The notes under the pieces are model-generated. The model did no database searches and was not told where the DNA came from. It saw nothing but the letters and a program-made list of their open reading frames with translations. The position numbers and the translations under genes were made by a program. Positions 57,512 through 64,000 of a stretch of DNA of 64,000 nucleotides are shown here, one piece after another. Position 1 is the first letter of the stretch. Each line of letters starts with the position of its first letter. The stretch is from Candidatus Latescibacterota bacterium (lineage in GTDB: Bacteria; Latescibacterota; UBA2968; GCA-2709665): NCBI GenBank assembly GCA_965219995.1, contig CBDCOX010000002.1:3744001-3808000 (forward strand). The letters run 5' to 3'.

Positions 57512-57708
57512 AATCCTCTCCAGCTCCCGCAGATACGCGACTGTGACTCCGGCTTTCCGGCCGACCGGAACATTGCGCAGTGGCGAGCGGCACGTCGAAA
57601 AGTCGCCCGCAATCTAACGCCGCCCGCAAAAAAAATCAACGCGAATACCCCGCGCCCCCCGCTTCTTTTGTCCTTGCCTTATCCGGGGCCCGGGCGATAT
57701 TCTACAAG

Positions 57709-57909
57709 GGCGGTGAGACGGTAGAAGAAAGCGGTGAGAGGGTAGACGTTAGACGGTAGATGACATCCTTGCCAGATTTGTCCTTCCGTTATGCCTCCGG
57801 CAAAAAGTGAAACCGGACGCGGCGGACAATCTCTCCCGTCTTACCTCTAACGTCTCCCCGATTTTAGGGCACTCATATCATCTCACGTCTCTCGTCTAAC
57901 GTCTCCCCG
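57709..57909. repeat. GAGACG-unit element, copy F
   Basis: Inverted arms around ..tgcctccggcaaaaagtgaaaccgg..ggacaatctc. Confidence 0.85.
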
Positions 57910-57996
57910 AGGGTTAAGGGTTGCGGAGAGAAGCGCTCGAAGAATGGTGAAACAATTCTGTGACGGTAACCGGGAGCGAATGCGTAAGCTGGAGAA

Positions 57997-58914
57997 ATGG
58001 CGATGGATATTACCGGTCTTGACCATTGTATGACGGAAAAACAGCGGGACCACTTCGACCAGCAGGGCTTTCTGATCGTTGAAGACGCACTGGATTCGGA
58101 AATGCTGGATCGGATGGTGGCGGCCGGCGATCGAGTCGACGCGCGGGAACGCGAAAAACAGGGGCTCGGACCCGGTCAACTGATGAACAAATTCCGGACG
58201 ATTGTAGAAGACGACGCCTTCCTTGAATTGCTGGACCTGCCGCGTACCTTCCCGCTTATCTGGGACATCCTGGGCTGGAACGTCCAGCACTATATTTCGC
58301 ACCTGATCTACTATCCGCCGGAGCCGCGCGTCAAAGCCGATTCGAAGACCGGCGGCTGGCACCAGGACGGGGGCCGACCCGTACCGGAAATGGAGCGCCC
58401 GCATCCCCGACTCTCCCTGAAGGTCGCCTTCTGGCTGACCGACACCCGCGAGCCCGACCGGGGCGGGATCCGCATCGTACCGGGCAGTCACAAACGCGAT
58501 ATCCCGCCGGACCGCTGGCCTGAAGACGGAAACGGGTCCTCCGGAACCGCGGGGTTCGAAGACATGATGCAGGTCCGGGTAAAGGCCGGAACGGCGGTCC
58601 TGTTCGACCGGCGACTATGGCATTCCCGCGGTTTGAATACGTCCGAGACAACGCGAAAGGTGTTGTTCCTTGGATACAGCTATCGCTGGCTGAGAGGACT
58701 GGACTACAACCTGATTCCGGGCGAAATTCTCGAAAAATGCGGTCCGATCCGCCGCCAGCTTCTGGGGGACGGGGTGGACGTCAAGGGATGGTGGCAGCCG
58801 ACGGATGCCGATGTACCGCTCAAGGGATGGCTGACGAAACACAAGGGCGCGTCCTACGTGGAAAGGATCGGACAGAAGCAGTGGGAACGGGAAAAGTGGG
58901 CGGCTGTGCCCTGA
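57997..58914 (+). CDS. PhyH-family dioxygenase
   Basis: WHQD..IVPGSH..FDRRLWHS..R. Confidence 0.92.
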   Translation: MAMDITGLDHCMTEKQRDHFDQQGFLIVEDALDSEMLDRMVAAGDRVDAREREKQGLGPGQLMNKFRTIVEDDAFLELLDLPRTFPLIWDILGWNVQHYISHLIYYPPEPRVKADSKTGGWHQDGGRPVPEMERPHPRLSLKVAFWLTDTREPDRGGIRIVPGSHKRDIPPDRWPEDGNGSSGTAGFEDMMQVRVKAGTAVLFDRRLWHSRGLNTSETTRKVLFLGYSYRWLRGLDYNLIPGEILEKCGPIRRQLLGDGVDVKGWWQPTDADVPLKGWLTKHKGASYVERIGQKQWEREKWAAVP

Positions 58915-58932
58915 TCCCAGTTCCCCATTTCA

Positions 58933-59120
58933 GAAGCTGTCTCAAAATTCCCAGCGGTCTTCGCACGGCTGCAAAAGTGCCGGTCGGCGTTGGTCAAATC
59001 CACCCAAGAGTGGCGAGGGGCGCGCAGCCACGATACATTAAATATGGGCGGATTTTCCCGCCTTGACCGACACTTTTTCGCTCGCGCTCGGGAACTCACC
59101 GGTAATTTTAAAACAGCTTC
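58933..59120. mobile_element. 188-bp MITE with IS5-like ends
   Basis: Inverted repeats GAAGCTGTCTCAAAATT / AATTTTAAAACAGCTTC (15/17 match), flanked by TCA on both sides; no transposase. Confidence 0.75.
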
Positions 59121-59136
59121 TCAGGGAGGAAGCGTA

Positions 59137-60912
59137 ATGGACAGCGAATCGATGAGCCACGAAGAGAATTACTGCTTCGACGTCGCCGGATACCTCATCG
59201 TCAGGGGCGTCCTGAGCAGAGGAGAGATTGCCGCCCTGAATTCGGCGATCGATACCAGCGGAAAGTCGCAGGGCATGCTTGCGTGGCCGCGCCCCCTGCG
59301 CGAACCCTTTCGCGACCTGCTGGTCCATCCGCAGCTCGTCTGGTACCTGAATCAGATTGTTGGGCAGGGCTTTCGACTGGAAACCGAACCGGAATTGCTC
59401 TGCGACGACGCGCGCGGTCCGGATGCGCCCCTCGAGGGCGGCAACGAACCGCGCGATCCCACGCGGGCGTATTATTACCAGAACGGACGCCGCTTCAGTG
59501 AGACGGTTCGGGCCGTTTGGGCCCTCGCCGACGTCGAGGCGGGCGCGGGCGGGTTCGTCATTGTGCCCTGCTCACACAAATCCAACGTGGAGACCCCGGA
59601 CGACGTTCTCACCGGCAGGGACGATATGGGCCTCACGTTGCAACCCGAGCTCAAGGCGGGCGACCTTCTCCTGGTCGCCGGCGCCCTGCTTCAGGGCATG
59701 CGACCCTGGAATGGACGCGGTCAGCAACGTCTTCTGTCGTATGACTTCGCGGGTCGGGGCGCCATTCGCTGTGCCGGGACCGGGCCGAAAACCGGAGAAT
59801 CTCCCACGCCCGAGTGGATGTCCGACCTTTCAGCCGAACAGCGGGCCTCGATCTGGCGGCCCGGATACCGGAGCACGTCGCCTCCGCCAACGATTCATAC
59901 GGACGGAGAGTCGGTGCGTCTCGACGATTCGCGGGACGTCTTCCATCCATCCATCTACGTCAGGAATCCCGACTCCGGCATCGACGAGAAGGAGTTCTAT
60001 TTCTGGGACCTCTGCGGGCACCTCGTCCTCCGAAACGTGATGGACGAGGCGTGGCTGGAACAGGCGAACGAGGCCATCGATCGATTCGAAGACAGGATCG
60101 AGGTGGGCGGGGAACTCTCCCGCGGATCGAAAGCGCTGGCCGGAACCGGCCGGCCGCTGCTGCCCGACCTGTTGCGCCTTCCCGAACCTTATTGCGATCC
60201 CTTCCGGCGCATGGTCGCGCACCCTGTGGTGGAGCACCGGCTCAACTGGATGGGCGCCAGCGGCGTCAGGTTTGGCGACGCCACCGCCTTCTGTTCCGTG
60301 AAGGGCGGCTCGGGTCACTCCCTGCATGACGCAAACGAACCGCTGAATCCCGGCCGGGGATATGTCTACCAGAACGGCCGCAGCTATTGCGAGGCCGTGA
60401 CGGTCAGCTGGCAACTGCGGGACGTACCCGCGGGTCTGGGCGGGTTCGCATGCGTTCCCGGCAGCCATAAAGCCCAGTACCGCGTGCCCCCGGGGGTGCG
60501 GTCCTGCGATGACCCCATGGGCCTGGTCGTCCAGCCCGAAATGAAGGCCGGCGATGTGCTCTATTTCATGGACGGGGGCCAGACCCACGGCGCCCTGGCC
60601 TGGAAGAACGAAATCGGCCGCCGTGCCATCCTGATCAAATATTCATCCCGCAACTTCAACCGCAGCGGAGGCGAAATGGTCCACCCCGAGAACCGATGGG
60701 GCGATCTCGTGGAGGAGATGACCGACGCCCAGTTGGCGGTTATGCGCGGACCTGACCGGGACGTCTTCAACCAGAACGTCCCGCGGCTCGAAGTCCGCGA
60801 CGGCCGGGTGTCGGTTTCCTACGAGCGCGGCGGCGCCCTATATAGCAAGGACGCGCCCACCGGACCGGTGGCCAGACAGGTCCGTGGCGTATCCGAGAAG
60901 CCCAAGGGATAG
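59137..60912 (+). CDS. Tandem two-domain PhyH-family protein
   Basis: Two collinear domains (..YQNGR..W.L.DV.AG.GGF..VP.SHK..QPE.KAGD); GGGAGG RBS. Confidence 0.88.
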   Translation: MDSESMSHEENYCFDVAGYLIVRGVLSRGEIAALNSAIDTSGKSQGMLAWPRPLREPFRDLLVHPQLVWYLNQIVGQGFRLETEPELLCDDARGPDAPLEGGNEPRDPTRAYYYQNGRRFSETVRAVWALADVEAGAGGFVIVPCSHKSNVETPDDVLTGRDDMGLTLQPELKAGDLLLVAGALLQGMRPWNGRGQQRLLSYDFAGRGAIRCAGTGPKTGESPTPEWMSDLSAEQRASIWRPGYRSTSPPPTIHTDGESVRLDDSRDVFHPSIYVRNPDSGIDEKEFYFWDLCGHLVLRNVMDEAWLEQANEAIDRFEDRIEVGGELSRGSKALAGTGRPLLPDLLRLPEPYCDPFRRMVAHPVVEHRLNWMGASGVRFGDATAFCSVKGGSGHSLHDANEPLNPGRGYVYQNGRSYCEAVTVSWQLRDVPAGLGGFACVPGSHKAQYRVPPGVRSCDDPMGLVVQPEMKAGDVLYFMDGGQTHGALAWKNEIGRRAILIKYSSRNFNRSGGEMVHPENRWGDLVEEMTDAQLAVMRGPDRDVFNQNVPRLEVRDGRVSVSYERGGALYSKDAPTGPVARQVRGVSEKPKG

Positions 60913-61013
60913 TCGCGCCCCGCCCGCTCGCGACATAAGTCGGCAGGACCGGCCGCGCGCACGCAGCGGACGTCTCCGCGCGCAAAACGGTAGCCGGGGA
61001 AGGAACCCCGTTT

Positions 61014-61691
61014 GTGACACCGCCCGTCACCACGATTTTCTTCGACGCTTACGAGACCCTTCTGGCGGGCGCCATGGAAGAACTCCATTCCCTGTGCGAC
61101 CGCATCGTCCGGGAACAGGACCTCGATCTGTCCGGGCGGGATTTCTTCGAGGCCTGGGACCGGTTATTTTTTCCGCTTCTCGAGGGCGAGACTTTCTTTA
61201 CGATGCGGCAAGCCCATCTGATCAGCCTCGAACAGACGCTCGAGAGCTTCGGCAGACACGTTTCTTTCGTGCACTACACCGACGACATTTTTGCGACCTT
61301 CTCGGAGGTGCCCGTCTTCGATGACGTCATGCCCGCGCTGGCCGGTCTTGAGTCGTTCCGGACAGGGGTGGTCTCCAATGCCGATCACGGTCACCTGACC
61401 CGCGCGCTCAGGAAAAACAACCTGGCGTTTCCCGTGGTCGTCAGTTCCGAGTCCGCACGCGCCTACAAACCCGCGCCCGGCATCTTCCACGAAGCCCTGC
61501 GGCTGATCGGCAGCCGTCCGGAAGAGACCCTCTACGTGGGCGATTCCCAGGACGACGACATCGTCGGCGCGCGGCGGGCGGGCATCCGCGTGGCGTGGCT
61601 GAACCGTAACGGTGAAGCACTCAGGCCGGACATTCCGGAACCGGACCACGAGATATCCAGCCTGCGGGAGGTTCCCGGTCTCGCTGCATGA
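61014..61691 (+). CDS. HAD-family hydrolase
   Basis: FFDAYETL, VSN, YKP, YVGDS..DD..GA. Confidence 0.9.
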   Translation: MTPPVTTIFFDAYETLLAGAMEELHSLCDRIVREQDLDLSGRDFFEAWDRLFFPLLEGETFFTMRQAHLISLEQTLESFGRHVSFVHYTDDIFATFSEVPVFDDVMPALAGLESFRTGVVSNADHGHLTRALRKNNLAFPVVVSSESARAYKPAPGIFHEALRLIGSRPEETLYVGDSQDDDIVGARRAGIRVAWLNRNGEALRPDIPEPDHEISSLREVPGLAA

Positions 61692-61825
61692 ATCCCGGCG
61701 ACCCTCAGGATTGTTCCGGCTTCCGTATGCCGGATCTCCCCGTTTTGCCTCTTGCCGCAAGTGTTTCCCAATCCGCGAAACGTAACGCCTCCCGCCCCGA
61801 AGCGTGCTCGTCACCAGCAATAAGA

Positions 61826-61866
61826 CAGCCTGCAACGCATCTCCCGGGGAGGCGCATCGCAGGCTG
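61826..61866. terminator. Hairpin between convergent genes
   Basis: cagcctgc..ctccc/ggag..gcaggctg inverted repeat; no T tract. Confidence 0.35.
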
Positions 61867-61894
61867 ATGGGTATGGTATCGATTCAGAAGCCGG

Positions 61895-62530
61895 CTACTT
61901 GTTCGGCTGCGGGGTGTACCTCAGGTACGGCTTGATGGTTGTAAATCCTTTGGGGAATTTTTCGACTGCCTCTTCGTCGGTCACCGCTGGAACGATGATG
62001 CAGTCTTCTCCGTCCTCCCAGTTGACGGGCGTTGCCACCTGGTGGTAGGCCGTGAGTTGCAGCGAGTCGATCACCCGCAGGATCTCGGCGAAATTCCGGC
62101 CGGTAGACGCGGGATAGGTCAACGTCAGTTTGACCTTCTTGTCCGGACCGATGACGAATACGGACCGGACCGTGGCCTTGTCGTCTTCGTTCGGGTGAAT
62201 CATATCGTACATGCTGGCCACCGTCTTGTCCGGGTCGGCAATCAGCGGGAAGTTTACCGTGGTGTTCTGGGTCTCGTTGATGTCGCTGACCCAGCCTCTG
62301 TGGTCATCCAGCGGGTCCACGCTCACGCCGATTACCTTGACGTCGCGCTTTGCAAACTCCGCCTTCAGCTTGGCTACCACGCCCAGTTCGGTGGTGCAGA
62401 CCGGCGTGAAGTCGGCGGGATGTGAGAACAGAACGCCCCAGGCGTCTCCCAGCCATTCGTGAAAGCGGACAGTACCTTCGGTTGTCTCCGCGGTAAAATC
62501 GGGTGCGTCGTCCCCCAATCGCAATGGCAT
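61895..62530 (-). CDS. 1-Cys peroxiredoxin (Prx6)
   Basis: FSHPADFTPVCTTELG, YPASTGRNF.E, ATPVNW; GAGGGAGG RBS. Confidence 0.95.
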   Translation of the reverse strand: MPLRLGDDAPDFTAETTEGTVRFHEWLGDAWGVLFSHPADFTPVCTTELGVVAKLKAEFAKRDVKVIGVSVDPLDDHRGWVSDINETQNTTVNFPLIADPDKTVASMYDMIHPNEDDKATVRSVFVIGPDKKVKLTLTYPASTGRNFAEILRVIDSLQLTAYHQVATPVNWEDGEDCIIVPAVTDEEAVEKFPKGFTTIKPYLRYTPQPNK

Positions 62531-62761
62531 GACATTCCTCCCTCTTTCATGTGTTTCGTTGAGATGTTCCGGTGAAACGAGAATTCCCGATAACCGGAAC
62601 GCCCGCAACGCGTTTTCGCAACCCTGAATCAGGTAACGGATCGGATATTAATAAAAGGCAACTGAAATATCAATGTCAAGCGATTTATTGAAAACCGGGA
62701 GCGTTCCGTCCGCTCTGCGCCGCGGACCCTGCCGTTGTCCCGCGTGATCGGAGAGACCTAG

Positions 62762-64000
62762 ATGCAAACCCATGCGCGCCTGGTAGTCATCGGCGCCGGC
62801 ATCGTCGGCTGCAGCACCGTCTACCATCTCACACGCCAGGGCTGGAAGGACATTGTGGTCCTGGACCAGGGGCCGCTCTTCGATACGGGCGGGTCGACAT
62901 CCCATGCGCCGGGGCTGGTGTTCCAGACCAACTTTTCGAAAACGATGACCGACCTGTCCCGGAACACGGTTGCCCTTTACAATTCGCTGAGCCTGGACGG
63001 ACAACCCTGTTTCCATCCTGTCGGCAGCTTCGAAGTCGCGTACACGCCCGAGCGGATGGAAGACCTGAAGCGTAAACTGGGCGCCGCCAAGTCCTGGAAC
63101 CTTGAAGCCCGTCTCACTTCGCCCGAAGAGACCCGGGCAATGCTCCCCCTGCTGGACGCCGGCCGAATCCACGGCGCATACTATGTGCCATCGGACGGCG
63201 TTGCGAAGGCCGTTCGCGCCTGCGAAGCCATGGCGCGAGCGTCGGAAACCGGCGCCGCGTTTCACGGAAGAACCACGGTGACCGGCATCGAGTTGGTCAA
63301 CGGCCGCGTCCGCGGGATTGACACCGACCGGGGCCGCATCGCCGCGGACCAGGTTTTGATCTGCGCGGGTATCTGGGGGCCGCGCATCGGGCGCCTGGCG
63401 GGCATCTCCATTCCGCTCACGCCCGTACAGCATCAATACGCGCTCACGGCGCCGCTTCCGGAACTGGCGGGAGAATCCCGGGAGGTCGTCCACCCGATCC
63501 TGCGCCACCAGGATTTTGCCATGTACTTCCGGCAGCAGGCCGACCGGTACGGCATCGGATCCTACAGGCACGAGCCGCTCCTGGTGAGACCGGACGAACT
63601 CCTCAGCCCGGACGAAGCCAGGCTCTCGCCCTCGATCATGGACTTCACGCCGGAACACTTCGCGGTTGCGCGAGAGGCTGCGGACGAGCTTATCCCCGCG
63701 TTGAAGCACGCGGGTCTCGACTACAGGATCAACGGACTCTTCTCCTTCACGCCGGACGGGTTGCCCCTGCTCGGTGAGTCCGTCGACGTTCGCGGGCTCT
63801 GGGTTGCCGAAGCCGTATGGATCACCCACGGCGGCGGCGTGGGGCAGGCCGTGGCGCAATGGATGGACTCGGGTGCGCCGGAAGTCGATCTCCGGGACGC
63901 CGATTTCAACCGCTTCGGCCCGCATGTCCACACCCGAGAATACGTCGAAGCCCGGGGAGCGCAGCAGTACCGCGAAGTTTACGATATCATCCATCCGCTG
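62762..64000 (+). CDS. FAD-dependent dimethylglycine/sarcosine oxidase-dehydrogenase (GcvT-family), 3'-truncated by the window
   Basis: MQTHARLVVIGAGIVG..GGSTSHAPGL..CAGIWG..FSFTPDG.PL.G; open to the end, so absent from the ORF track. Confidence 0.92.
   Translation, partial: MQTHARLVVIGAGIVGCSTVYHLTRQGWKDIVVLDQGPLFDTGGSTSHAPGLVFQTNFSKTMTDLSRNTVALYNSLSLDGQPCFHPVGSFEVAYTPERMEDLKRKLGAAKSWNLEARLTSPEETRAMLPLLDAGRIHGAYYVPSDGVAKAVRACEAMARASETGAAFHGRTTVTGIELVNGRVRGIDTDRGRIAADQVLICAGIWGPRIGRLAGISIPLTPVQHQYALTAPLPELAGESREVVHPILRHQDFAMYFRQQADRYGIGSYRHEPLLVRPDELLSPDEARLSPSIMDFTPEHFAVAREAADELIPALKHAGLDYRINGLFSFTPDGLPLLGESVDVRGLWVAEAVWITHGGGVGQAVAQWMDSGAPEVDLRDADFNRFGPHVHTREYVEARGAQQYREVYDIIHPL

Noticed and set aside
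62648-63994. 448-aa minus-strand ORF
   Set aside because: The plus strand encodes a clear FAD oxidoreductase (GAGIVG).

Overview
GC-rich bacterial DNA with about 50 genes and no rRNA, tRNA or CRISPR array. The content (five PhyH-type dioxygenase genes, sulfatase, heparinase II/III-like and other lyase/GH-like proteins, dense intergenic repeats) resembles marine-invertebrate symbiont lineages such as Latescibacterota or Poribacteria; that is inference only. Main discovery candidate: a visibly more AT-rich island (~23.4-32.2 kb) with a five-gene minus-strand cluster: MORC/GHKL ATPase, B12-binding radical-SAM paralog with its CxxxCxxC loop deleted, intact B12-binding radical SAM, second MORC/GHKL ATPase, and a Trm1/TcmP-like methyltransferase-fold protein. 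I know of no described system with this architecture; it looks like a DNA-modification or anti-phage system. Features missed by the ORF track: two probable selenoproteins with in-frame UGA and SECIS-like hairpins, a His-rich leader peptide/attenuator upstream of methyltransferase-hisI-hisG, a MITE with inverted repeats and a 3-bp target duplication, a decayed radC beside two PD-(D/E)XK nucleases, a repeat family with a conserved GNA-triloop hairpin, and an FAD oxidoreductase running off the right end. All family calls come from motif recognition by eye; no searches were run.
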